The notes below the pieces were generated by a model. That model did no database searches and was not told where the DNA came from. It saw only the letters and a list, made by a program, of their open reading frames with translations. Position numbers and translations under genes: made by a program. Of a stretch of DNA of 64,000 nucleotides, positions 1 to 8,627 are shown piece after piece (within the stretch, counting starts at the first letter, position 1; each line of letters opens with the position of its first letter). The stretch lies in NCBI GenBank assembly GCA_964585655.1, contig CAZPER010000011.1, positions 1,174 through 65,173 of the forward strand, written 5' to 3'. This DNA is from an uncultured Gemmatimonadaceae bacterium (GTDB lineage: Bacteria > Gemmatimonadota > Gemmatimonadetes > Gemmatimonadales > GWC2-71-9).

Positions 1-137
1 TGGTCGGATCCCCGTGCGATCCGGCCAAGGGGGTCGCCGACCTCGCGCTGGGAACGATTACGTTTACGGCGCTGCCGCTCACCGCCGCCCTGGCCGACGG
101 CGACCTCTCCACCCTCGACGGCACCATCGAGTACTGA
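1..137 (+). CDS. 3' end of an unidentified gene (partial, runs off the window start)
   Basis: Frame-3 reading VGSPCDPAKGVADLALGTITFTALPLTAALADGDLSTLDGTIEY* ends at TGA 135-137. Third codon positions are GC-rich. No start in window and product not recognisable. Confidence 0.35.
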   Translation, partial: VGSPCDPAKGVADLALGTITFTALPLTAALADGDLSTLDGTIEY

Positions 138-171
138 CCCCCACCCGGGCACCCGAAAGGAAGACGCCTCC

Positions 172-612
172 ATGTCCAGACGCCTGCTGGTCCCCACCTG
201 CCTGCTGCTGCTCGGCCTCGCGCCGGAGCGCCTGACCGCCCAAAGCTACGCGGTCCAGGTCTGGGACCAGCTGCAGGAGCACTGGAAGACCATCTCCAAG
301 AACGACGACGACTGGTACCTGCAGAACTACCTGATGGGGCGTCTCAACAAGGGCGGGACCGACAGCTGGACGTTCTACTTCGACAAGGGGAAGAGCTACA
401 TCATCACCGGCGCGTGCGACAACGACTGCAGCAACGTCGACCTGGTGATCAAGGACGCCGACGGCAACACGGTGGACAAAGACCGGAAGGACGATGACAC
501 CCCGGTCCTGAGCCTGCAGCCGGAAAAGGCGGGACGGTACACGATCAACGTCGAGATGGCGGCGTGCAAGGAGGAGCCCTGCTACTTCGGGCTGGGGATT
601 TTCCTCAAGTAG
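172..612 (+). CDS. secreted hypothetical protein (Cys-containing, beta-sandwich-like)
   Basis: ATG at 172. Signal peptide MSRRLLVPTCLLLLGLAPERLTAQ. Four Cys in the mature part. No family recognised by eye. Confidence 0.65.
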   Translation: MSRRLLVPTCLLLLGLAPERLTAQSYAVQVWDQLQEHWKTISKNDDDWYLQNYLMGRLNKGGTDSWTFYFDKGKSYIITGACDNDCSNVDLVIKDADGNTVDKDRKDDDTPVLSLQPEKAGRYTINVEMAACKEEPCYFGLGIFLK

Positions 613-618
613 CGCCAG

Positions 619-2409
619 TCATCCCAGCGCCACCGCGCACTGGATCAGGCCGATGTGGGTGAAGGCCTGGGGGAAATTGCCGAGGAACTCGCCGGACAGG
701 GGATCGATCTCCTCGGAGTAGAGGCCGAGGTGGTTGGCGTAGCCGAGCATGCGGTGGAAGATCCGCTCGGCCTGCGGCCGGTCCCCGATCCGGCAGAGGG
801 CCTCCGCCAGCCAGAAGGTGCAGATGGAGAACGCCCCCTCCTCACCATCGAGGCCATCGGGGGTGAGGTAGCGGAAGACCAGTTCGCCGTCGGGGGTAGT
901 GAGGTCGCGCTGGATGGCCCGCACGGTGGAGATCACGCGCGGGTCGTCCCAGGGCAGGAAGCCCATCATGGGGATGGTCAGGGCCGCCGCGTCGAGGGTG
1001 TCGGGATGGTCGTAGGCCTGGATGAAGGCCCCGCGGGTCGGGTTCCAGCCGCGCTCGAGGATCTCGGCCCTGACGGCGTCGCGGGCCGCGGTCCAGGCGG
1101 GAAGGTCCGCCGGGAGTGAGAGGTCGGTAGCGATCCGGATGCCGCGATCGAGCGCCACCCAGTTCATCACCTTGCTGAAGACGTAATGCCGGGTCTCGCC
1201 GCGGACCTCCCAGATGCTGGAGTCGGGGCGGTCCCAGTGATGGCTCACCCAGTCCACCAGCGGCCGCAGGGTGCGCCAGACCCCCTCGCTCATCGGATGC
1301 TCCCGGCGCCAGGCGTCCGCGGCGGCGAGCACCTCGCCGTAGACATCGAGCTGGAGCTGGTCCACCGCGCCGTTCCCCACCCGCACCGGGCGGCTGCCGC
1401 GGTAGCCGCTCAGGTGCTCCAGCTGCCGCTCCTCCAGGTCCCGCCGGCCGTTCACCGTGTACATGATCTGGAGGTGACCGCCCCCCTCATGCCGGCAGAC
1501 CCGGCGGAGGAATCGCATGAAGGCGTCGGCCTCCGCGCCGTGCCCCACGCTCTGCAGCGCAGTCAGGGTGAAGGCCGCGTCGCGCAGCCAGACGAAGCGG
1601 TAGTCCCAGTTGCGGATGCCGCCCAGGGTCTCGGGCAGCGAGGTCGTCGGGGCGGCGATGACCGCGCCGGTCTCGCAGTCGGTGAGCAGCTTGAGGGTGA
1701 GCGCCGACCGCTCCACCGCGTCGCGCCAGGGGCCGGCGTACCGGACTTTCGAGCTCCAGCGCAGCCAGAAGGCGGTGGTTTCCTCGAGCTTCCGCTGGCT
1801 CTCGTAGCGGTCCACCGGGTGGACGTCGTCGTCATCGTGACGCAGCACCATCCAGCGGGTGTCGCCGGCCGGGAGGGTGAAGTCGGTCTCCGCCGCCCCC
1901 TGCTCGATGCGCCACTCGAACGGCCGGGCGCTGGCCAGGGTCAGGACCTGGTCGGTGCGATCGCTGGCAAAGAGGCCTTCGCCGATCATCTCGAGGCGCG
2001 TGCTGCGCGCCCCGTACTCGAACCGGGGCATGAAGCGCACCCGCATCGGCATCTCCCCCCGGAGCCCGTGCACCCGGCGGTGGATCTCCCGGTGATTCCC
2101 CTCCGGGCGGCCCTCGGCGGTGACCGGCATGAAGTCGGTCAGGACCGCCTCGGCGGTCGCGGTGCGGAAGGTGGTCTCCAGGATGTTGGTGCCGGTGAGG
2201 TAGCGCTGGACGGCGGCGTACGGCTCGGCGGGCTGGATCAGCCAGGTCCCGCCTCGCTGCGGGTCGAGCAGCGCGGCGAAGACACTGCCGCTGTCGAAGC
2301 GGGGGAGGCAGCACCAGTCGATTCCCCCGTGCCGACCCACCAGCGCGGCGCTCTGCATGTCACCGATGAGGCCGTAGTCGGAGATGGTCGGCTGGTCGGC
2401 GAAGCTCAT
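619..2409 (-). CDS. glycoside hydrolase family 15 (glucoamylase/trehalase-like)
   Basis: 596-aa ORF. The N-terminus ISDYGLIGDMQSAALVGRHGGIDWCCLPRFDS and the (alpha/alpha)6-type C-terminal region are typical of GH15. Its ATG overlaps the otsB stop. Confidence 0.88.
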   Translation of the reverse strand: MSFADQPTISDYGLIGDMQSAALVGRHGGIDWCCLPRFDSGSVFAALLDPQRGGTWLIQPAEPYAAVQRYLTGTNILETTFRTATAEAVLTDFMPVTAEGRPEGNHREIHRRVHGLRGEMPMRVRFMPRFEYGARSTRLEMIGEGLFASDRTDQVLTLASARPFEWRIEQGAAETDFTLPAGDTRWMVLRHDDDDVHPVDRYESQRKLEETTAFWLRWSSKVRYAGPWRDAVERSALTLKLLTDCETGAVIAAPTTSLPETLGGIRNWDYRFVWLRDAAFTLTALQSVGHGAEADAFMRFLRRVCRHEGGGHLQIMYTVNGRRDLEERQLEHLSGYRGSRPVRVGNGAVDQLQLDVYGEVLAAADAWRREHPMSEGVWRTLRPLVDWVSHHWDRPDSSIWEVRGETRHYVFSKVMNWVALDRGIRIATDLSLPADLPAWTAARDAVRAEILERGWNPTRGAFIQAYDHPDTLDAAALTIPMMGFLPWDDPRVISTVRAIQRDLTTPDGELVFRYLTPDGLDGEEGAFSICTFWLAEALCRIGDRPQAERIFHRMLGYANHLGLYSEEIDPLSGEFLGNFPQAFTHIGLIQCAVALG

Positions 2410-3194
2410 CGGCCGGCCTCTGCCCGGGGCAGCCGGGCGGCGCGCGCCGCGGCGAGGCGACGAAGCCAGGCGGCGAAGGTGGCGGGGTTCCGGGTGGTGA
2501 AGGCGGCCCCAGGCACCCGGCGACCGATGGCGATGGTCACCGCCCCCGGCGTGAGCGCGCGGAAGGCGTCCTGATCGGTGGTGTCATCGCCGGCGTAGAG
2601 CACGGCAGCCTTCTTTCCGCGCCGGAGCCACCGGCGCACCGCGGCACCCTTGTTCACCCCCGGGAGCTGGGCGTCCAGCACCCGGTTGCCATGCAGCACC
2701 CGGAGCCCCATCCGGCGGAGGAGCGCGGCGACCTCCCTGACCGTCCGGTGCGCATGCCCCCCCGGCAACCGCAGGTGAATGGCCAGCGACCGGTCCTTCC
2801 GCTCCAGCCAGATCCCGCGCCGCCCGGCGAGGAACTGTTCCACCGCCCGCGCCGCCCGCCGCAGCCGGGCGCGGTCGGCGGGGAGCCAGGGCTGGAGCCG
2901 GCCGCCTTCGAGGAGTCGGGCGCCGTGATCGCCGAGAATGGCGTCCACCGGCGTGCCGCTGATGCGGGCCACGGCCCGGGCCGAGCGTCCCGAGACCAGC
3001 ACCACCTCGGCTCCGGTCCGGCGGAGCGCGACGAGCGTGCGCCGGGTGGTGGTGGGTACGCGCGCGCGATCCGGATTCTCCCCCAGCGGCGCCAGCGTGC
3101 CGTCGAGATCCAGGAAGAGCAGCGGCCGCTCGGCCCGGACCAGTGAGTGGAAGGCCCGCCGTGCCGCCGGCCCCCGGCCGAGGGGATGGGTCAC
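2406..3194 (-). CDS. otsB: trehalose-6-phosphate phosphatase
   Basis: HAD motif I LFLDLDGTL. Length and position between otsA and GH15, with overlapping stop/start codons on both sides. Confidence 0.85.
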   Translation of the reverse strand: MTHPLGRGPAARRAFHSLVRAERPLLFLDLDGTLAPLGENPDRARVPTTTRRTLVALRRTGAEVVLVSGRSARAVARISGTPVDAILGDHGARLLEGGRLQPWLPADRARLRRAARAVEQFLAGRRGIWLERKDRSLAIHLRLPGGHAHRTVREVAALLRRMGLRVLHGNRVLDAQLPGVNKGAAVRRWLRRGKKAAVLYAGDDTTDQDAFRALTPGAVTIAIGRRVPGAAFTTRNPATFAAWLRRLAAARAARLPRAEAGR

Positions 3195-4654
3195 GCCCGC
3201 GGCCGGAGGCGATCTACCTCCGCAAAGATATCGCCCATCCAGTCGTGGATGGTGTGACGCTCGACCCGATGGTGCAGCGCGATGCTGCGCCGCTCACGCT
3301 CTTCCGCGGGCAGGGTCAGGACGCGGTACAGCGCATCGGCGGTGGCGCCGATGTCGTAGGGATTGATGAGCAGCGCCTCCTTGAGCTGGCGCGCCGCGCC
3401 GGCAAACCGGGACAGCACCAGGACGCCCATCCGCCCCTGCTGGCAGGCGACATACTCCTTGGCCACCAGGTTCATCCCGTCCTGCAGCGGCGAGACGATG
3501 CAGACGTCGGCGGCGCGGTAGTACGCCGTCAGGGTGGGATGGTCGAGGCTCTCCCGCACCAGCTCTACCGGCAGCCAGCCGTCCCGCCCGAAGCGGGCAT
3601 TGACCTCGGCCGCGATGTCCGCGACTTCCTGCTCGAAGGCGGCGTACTCCGGGACGTCGGTGCGGGTGGGGACGCCGACCTGGAGCAGCGTCACCCGGCC
3701 GTGCAGCTCGGGGTGCTCGTCCAGCAGCCGGGCGAAGGCGGCGAAGCGGCGCGGGATGCCCTTGGTGTAGTCCACCCGGTCCACGCCGAGCAGCAGCTGG
3801 CCGCCGGCGGGCGCCACGCGGCGGCGGAGCTCACGGGCGTGGGCCTCGGTCTCGGGGGTTCGGGCCTGGGCGGCGAAGGCGGCGACGTCGATCGAGATGG
3901 GAAATTCGCGCACGTGGGTGCGGCGGCCGCGGTACCGGACCAGGCCCCGGGTGGGCTCCACCACCGCGTCCCGGAACATGCGGCGGGCGCTGTCGAGGAA
4001 GTTGCGGACGTCGAGCCCGGTCTGGAACCCGAGGAGGTGGTTGCCCAGGAGCCCGCGCACCAGGGCGCGCGCGTTCGGCAGTACCCGGAGAATGTCCGGC
4101 GCCGGCCAGGGGATGTGCCAGAACTGGTGCACGAACAGGTGCCGCACCCGGCGCAGCACGCCCGGCACCAGCGCCAGGTGATAGTCCTGCACCCAGCAGG
4201 TGGCGGGCCGGCCCTTTGCCTCCGCGATCGCGGCGGCGGCGAACCGCTCATTCACCTGCCGGTAGGCGAGCCAGCTGGCCGCGTCATACACGAAGCGGGG
4301 CAACTGGGCGTGACAGAGGGGCCAGAGGGCGCGATTGGCGGTCTCGAGGTAGTAGCCCACGACCTCTTCCGCGCTGAGCCGCATGCGGCGGAGGCGAAAG
4401 CTGGGGGCTTCCGGCGGCAGGCCGATGGTGTCGCCGATGTCGGTGACATCGAAGTCGGCGCTGCCGTGGCCCCACGCGATCCAGGTGCCCCCGGTGGCCG
4501 CCATGACCGGCTGCAGCGCGCTGGTCAGGCCGCCGGCGGGCCGTGACACGAGCACCTCGCCAGCCGGGCCGCGCTGGTGCACGTACGGCTCGCGGTTGCT
4601 GAGCAGAATCAGGGGCGTGGCGGGGGCCCGCGACAGCCAGCGGAAGATCGCCAT
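3191..4654 (-). CDS. otsA: alpha,alpha-trehalose-phosphate synthase (GT20)
   Basis: 487 aa. N-terminus LILLSNREPYVH, plus LLGVDRVDYTKGI and PLQDGMNLVAKEY, which are characteristic OtsA motifs. Confidence 0.92.
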   Translation of the reverse strand: MAIFRWLSRAPATPLILLSNREPYVHQRGPAGEVLVSRPAGGLTSALQPVMAATGGTWIAWGHGSADFDVTDIGDTIGLPPEAPSFRLRRMRLSAEEVVGYYLETANRALWPLCHAQLPRFVYDAASWLAYRQVNERFAAAAIAEAKGRPATCWVQDYHLALVPGVLRRVRHLFVHQFWHIPWPAPDILRVLPNARALVRGLLGNHLLGFQTGLDVRNFLDSARRMFRDAVVEPTRGLVRYRGRRTHVREFPISIDVAAFAAQARTPETEAHARELRRRVAPAGGQLLLGVDRVDYTKGIPRRFAAFARLLDEHPELHGRVTLLQVGVPTRTDVPEYAAFEQEVADIAAEVNARFGRDGWLPVELVRESLDHPTLTAYYRAADVCIVSPLQDGMNLVAKEYVACQQGRMGVLVLSRFAGAARQLKEALLINPYDIGATADALYRVLTLPAEERERRSIALHHRVERHTIHDWMGDIFAEVDRLRPRA

Positions 4655-4771
4655 GGTCGCAGGGTACCCCCGGCGGGGGCGCGGAGGGAAGCCCCCGGCT
4701 CAACTTGCGTCCCCCCTGCGGCGGGGCCACGTTTCGGGCGTCCACTCTACAACACACGTCGGAGGATCAGG

Positions 4772-6142
4772 ATGACGGCTCGGCGGCTCGGCGGCTCGAC
4801 GGCTCGGGTGCTGCTCGCGGCCCTGGCACTGCTTCAGGCGTGCACCCCGAAGCCCAAGGACCGGATCGCGCTGGTCGGCGGCAACGTCATCAGCGGTGCC
4901 GGCGACCCGGTGCTCCGCGACGCGGTCATCGTGGTCCACCAGGGGCGGATCGAGACCGTCGCCCCGCGCGAGGGGTTCGAGATCCCCTCCTCCGCGGAGG
5001 AAGTGGACGTCACCGGGTCCTGGATCCTCCCCGGCCTGGTGGACGGCCATGGCCACATCGAGCGCTGGGCGCTGAGCCGCTACGTGATTGCGGGCGTCAC
5101 CACGGTCCGCGATGTCCACGGCGAACAGGACTCGATCCTGGCGTTGCGGGAAGAGGTGAACCTCGGCGGCCTGGTCGCGCCCCGGGTGTACAGCGCCGGC
5201 GCCATGATCGACGGCCCGCCCGCCACCTATCCGTCCGCCACCGAGGTGGCCACCCCCGATTCCGCCCGCCGCGCGGTGGACTCGCGCGCGGTGGCCGATG
5301 TGGACTACATCAAGACCTACATCCACGTCACCCCGGCGCTGTTCAAGCCGCTGATCGACGAGGCCAACACCTTCAGCCTCAAGGTCACCGCGCACCTCGG
5401 CCTCACCGATGCGCTCACCGCCAGCCAGCTGGGTGTCGCGGCCATCGAGCACCTGAGCGGCGTCCCCGAAGCGGCCAGCCCCAAGCCCGACAAGTTCTAC
5501 GCCGAGCACCGGGCGGGCTTCTTCCGGGGGTGGACCTACTTCGAGAAGAGCTGGGCCACGCTGGACAGCGCCGCGCTGGCGCGGGTGGCCCAGACCCTCG
5601 CGGAACGGAAGGTCGTCCTCATCCCGACCCTGGTGCTGCACGAGACCTTCAGCCGACTCGATGATCCCGCCATCCTCAACCACCCCGACCTGCGCACCAT
5701 CCCCGACGCCCAGCTGCAGCGCTGGAACCTGCCGGAGATGGTCGCGCGGGCAGGGTGGACGGCCAATGACTACCCCGCCTTCCGCGCCTCGCGGGCCAAC
5801 CAGGACCTCTTCCTCAGGGAATTCCGCGCGGCCGGAGGGCGGATCGTGGCCGGCACCGACGCCATCAACCAGATGCTGGTGCCGGGGTGGAGCCTGCATA
5901 CCGAGCTGGAGCTGCTGGTCGCGGCTGGGCTCACGCCGCAGGACGCCCTCGAGACCGCTACCCGCAATGCCGCGCAGCTCCTTGGCGCCGATTCCCTGGG
6001 AGTGATCCAGCCGGGCAAGATGGCCGACCTCCTCATCCTGGGATCCAACCCCCTCACCGACATCCGCAACACCCGGACGGTGCAGCGGGTCATGGTCCGC
6101 GGCCAGCTCTACAACGCCGACTCGCTCAAGGCCGGCCTGTAG
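4772..6142 (+). CDS. amidohydrolase-family lipoprotein
   Basis: I prefer ATG 4772 (GGAGGA 6 nt upstream) over the track start at 4577. Lipobox-like LLQAC. Metal-binding DGHGH motif. C-terminal GKMADL typical of the amidohydrolase superfamily. Confidence 0.85.
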   Translation: MTARRLGGSTARVLLAALALLQACTPKPKDRIALVGGNVISGAGDPVLRDAVIVVHQGRIETVAPREGFEIPSSAEEVDVTGSWILPGLVDGHGHIERWALSRYVIAGVTTVRDVHGEQDSILALREEVNLGGLVAPRVYSAGAMIDGPPATYPSATEVATPDSARRAVDSRAVADVDYIKTYIHVTPALFKPLIDEANTFSLKVTAHLGLTDALTASQLGVAAIEHLSGVPEAASPKPDKFYAEHRAGFFRGWTYFEKSWATLDSAALARVAQTLAERKVVLIPTLVLHETFSRLDDPAILNHPDLRTIPDAQLQRWNLPEMVARAGWTANDYPAFRASRANQDLFLREFRAAGGRIVAGTDAINQMLVPGWSLHTELELLVAAGLTPQDALETATRNAAQLLGADSLGVIQPGKMADLLILGSNPLTDIRNTRTVQRVMVRGQLYNADSLKAGL

Positions 6143-6145
6143 CCG

Positions 6146-6502
6146 ATGGCGTTCGGCCGGGTGCTGCTCGGGTTCGTCGCAGTCGGGGTGTTCTTCCTGG
6201 CCTGGAGCCAGGTGGGGCGCCGGCTGGGATCGCGGGGGGAGCCGGCGGCCGCCGTTCCGGCCGGCGTGCCCTGGCCTTCGCTGCTGGTGGAGGCCGGGCT
6301 GCTGACGCTGTTCGCCGGACTCTGGTTCGGGAGTCTCGGCAGCGGCGGGGCGGTGCTGCTGTTCCTGATCGTGGGGCTGCTGATGGAGGTGCCGGGCCGG
6401 ATCCGGGCGCAATCGCTCCGGGCGGTCGCGGTCAAGCCGATGATCGGCGGGGTGCTCCGGATCCTGGTGGCGGGGGTGCTGCTGGGTCTGCTGCTGGGGT
6501 AG
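6146..6502 (+). CDS. small integral membrane protein, unknown function
   Basis: 118 aa with about four hydrophobic helices (LLGFVAVGVFFLAW, LLVEAGLLTLFAGLWF, AVLLFLIVGLLM, VLRILVAGVLLGLLLG). Starts 4 nt after the upstream stop. Confidence 0.6.
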   Translation: MAFGRVLLGFVAVGVFFLAWSQVGRRLGSRGEPAAAVPAGVPWPSLLVEAGLLTLFAGLWFGSLGSGGAVLLFLIVGLLMEVPGRIRAQSLRAVAVKPMIGGVLRILVAGVLLGLLLG

Positions 6503-6540
6503 GCGGCTCGGCGGCGCGCGTTCCTACCCCCTGCCCGCTT

Positions 6541-7284
6541 CTACCCCACCGCCCGCCACACCCACCAGGCCCCGACCACCATCCCGGACACGCCCACCCC
6601 CTGCATGATGCGCCGGCCCAGCGGCACCGAGCGTGCCGCGGCCTGGCGCATCGCATAGGCCGCCACCACCGCGTAGATCGTCATGCCCGCCGTCACCCCG
6701 AGCCCGAACGCGGCGAGGTACAGGAGACCGAGATCCACCCGGTGGATCAGGGTGACGGGGAGCAGCGCAACCACCGCGCCGGTCCCGGCCAGCCCGTGCA
6801 TGAGCCCCACCGCGGTGATCCCGTGCCCGCGGTGATGATGCCCATGCGCGTGGCGGGACTCGTCGTCATGATGATGCCGTGCGGCGGCCGGGTGGTCGGC
6901 ATCGTGCGGGTGATCGTGGGACGGCGCCGCCGGATGCACATGCAGGTGGGCGTGGTCCCCGTGTTCCGCCGGGGGGTGGAGGTGTAACTTCCGGCTCGAG
7001 ACGAACGCCCAGAGTCCCAGCAGGAAGAGCATCACCCCGACGACGCCCTCACCGATCGCGTCATACCGGATGGGCCAGCGGAGCCCGGTAACCAGCAGCA
7101 CCGCGCCGAGCACGATCACCGCCGCCGAGTGTCCCAGCCCCCAGCGGAATCCGAAGCGCGCCGCGTGTGCCGCGGAGGGCTTCCCCGCGACAAACGTGGT
7201 GACCGCGATCATGTGGTCGACCTCCAGGGCGTGGAGGAAGCCGAGCATGAGGGCCGTGACGATGGGAACCAGGCTGGACAGCAT
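6541..7284 (-). CDS. NicO/RcnA-type nickel/cobalt transporter with a His-rich loop
   Basis: Only the C-terminal 247 aa of the 492-aa track ORF look real, starting at ATG 7284. Motifs LGFLHALEVDHM and GLMHGLAGTGAVV parallel the RcnA signature regions. Central loop HLHPPAEHGDHAHLHVHPAAPSHDHPHDADH...HAHGHHHRGH. Confidence 0.8.
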   Translation of the reverse strand: MLSSLVPIVTALMLGFLHALEVDHMIAVTTFVAGKPSAAHAARFGFRWGLGHSAAVIVLGAVLLVTGLRWPIRYDAIGEGVVGVMLFLLGLWAFVSSRKLHLHPPAEHGDHAHLHVHPAAPSHDHPHDADHPAAARHHHDDESRHAHGHHHRGHGITAVGLMHGLAGTGAVVALLPVTLIHRVDLGLLYLAAFGLGVTAGMTIYAVVAAYAMRQAAARSVPLGRRIMQGVGVSGMVVGAWWVWRAVG

Positions 7285-7296
7285 GGAGGAGGGAAT

Positions 7297-8367
7297 ATGA
7301 CCGACACCCCGATGGATCAGAAGCCCCGCATCCGCCTCACCACGCTCTCGCACGGCGCGGGTTGAGCCTGCAAGCTCGGCTCCGCCGAGTTGGCGCAGGT
7401 GCTGCGCCGTCTGCCCGCGATCGGGGATCCCAACATCCTCGTGGACGCGGCCACCCGGGATGATGCCGCGGTCTATCGCCTGAGCGAGAGCCGCGCCCTG
7501 GTGGCCACGGTGGACTTCTTCACGCCCATCGTGGACGACGCACGCACCTGGGGGCGGATCGCCGCCGCCAACGCGCTGAGCGACCTCTACGCGATGGGCG
7601 CCACACCGCTCTGCGCCCTGAGCCTGGTGGGCTGGCCCCGGGAGAAGCTGCCGCTCGAGCTGCTGGGTGAAGTGCTGGAGGGTCTCGGGGAGGTCGCTCT
7701 GGAGGCCGGATGCCCCATCGTGGGAGGGCACTCCATCGACGCGCTCGAGCCCCACATCGGGCTGGTGGCGCTCGGAGAGGCGCATCCCGACCGGCTGCTC
7801 ACCAATACCCACGGCCGTCCCGGCGACCGGCTGGTCCTCACCAAGCCGCTCGGCACCGGCATCCTGAGCACCGCGCTCAAGCGGGAGCTGATCCAGGAAC
7901 GCGAGATGGCGGAGGCCATCCTGACCATGACCGCCCTCAACGCCGGCGCCATGCGCGCGGCGCTGGCCCACGGCGTCACCGCCGCCACCGACGTGACCGG
8001 CTTCGGCCTGCTGGGCCACCTCGCGAACGTGGTGGCCGGCAGCGGGGTCGGCGCGGAGCTGTGGCTCGACCGGATTCCCCTGCTGCCCCGGGTCCGGGAG
8101 TTCGCGGCCCGCGGCGTGGTGCCGGGCGGCTCGCAGCGGAACCTCGCGGCCGCGGTGGGAGTGGAGTGGGAGGACGGCATTCAGCAGGAGGATCGCCTGC
8201 TCCTGGCCGATGCCCAGACCTCCGGCGGGCTGCTGCTGGCGGTGGCGCCCGACCGGCTGGCGGCGCTCCGCGCGGCGCTCGCCGCCGAAGGAACCCTGGC
8301 CTCCAGCGAGATCGGGACGCTCACGGCCGAACGCGGCGCGGTGCGGGTCCGGCGGAGCGTGCCCTGA
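7297..8367 (+). CDS. selD: selenide, water dikinase (selenophosphate synthetase), selenocysteine-containing; TGA 7363-7365 read as Sec
   Basis: Track ORFs 7129..7365 and 7390..8367 share one frame and are separated only by TGA 7363-7365. The joined protein reads MTDTPMDQKPRIRLTTLSHGAG-U-ACKLGSAELAQVL...TRDDAAVY...TVDFFTPIVDD...GRIAAANALSDLYAMG...GGHSID, which is collinear with E. coli SelD (..SHGAGCGCK..). The TGA sits exactly at the Cys17/Sec position. GGAGGAGGG lies upstream of ATG 7297. Confidence 0.9.
7366..7402 (+). promoter_or_regulatory. candidate bacterial SECIS stem-loop directly downstream of the selD UGA
   Basis: In gcCTGCaaGCTCGGCtccGCCGAGttggcGCAGgtgc, the lower stem CCTGC/GCAGG and the apical stem CTCGGC/GCCGAG (3-nt loop tcc, or 5 bp with a 5-nt loop) were paired by hand. 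The apical loop lies about 20 nt after the UGA. Confidence 0.55.
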
Positions 8368-8579
8368 TGCGCTGGTCCCCCGAACGCCTGGACCAGCTGG
8401 AACGCGCGGTGCGGGACGGACGGCGGGTCGTCGTGTCCCGCCGGGGGACGGAGTACATCGTGATCGCGGTGCGCCTGGCGACCGAGCGTTCCCGGGACGC
8501 CTTCATCGGCCGGCTGCCGATGACGGGCGACGAAGTCGTCTTTGTGCTGGATGAGGTGGATGCGTTTCAGGTCGTCTGA
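8367..8579 (+). CDS. small hypothetical protein, translationally coupled to selD
   Basis: ATG 8367 overlaps the selD TGA (tGATG). 70 aa: MRWSPERLDQLERAVRDGRRVVVSRRGTEYIVIAVRL... GC-rich third positions. No recognisable family. Confidence 0.5.
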   Translation: MRWSPERLDQLERAVRDGRRVVVSRRGTEYIVIAVRLATERSRDAFIGRLPMTGDEVVFVLDEVDAFQVV

Positions 8580-8627
8580 TCCCCTCCCCTCCTTGACACC
8601 CCCGGTCCGGACCCCCACCCTCAGGCC

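Noticed and set aside
4700-6412. 570-aa minus-strand ORF opposite the amidohydrolase and membrane-protein genes
   Set aside because: It is a shadow ORF with biased composition and no motifs. The plus-strand genes have an RBS, a lipobox and family motifs.
7363-7365. TGA interpreted as a nonsense mutation, making selD a pseudogene
   Set aside because: The stop falls exactly on the catalytic Cys/Sec codon of SelD. The frame continues intact for 334 further codons with all family motifs, and a hairpin follows. Recoding is the parsimonious reading.
6541-8019. Full 492-aa version of the metal-transporter ORF extending over selD
   Set aside because: The N-terminal 245 aa are antisense to the well-supported selD gene and have shadow-ORF composition. 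The transporter homology begins at Met 7284.
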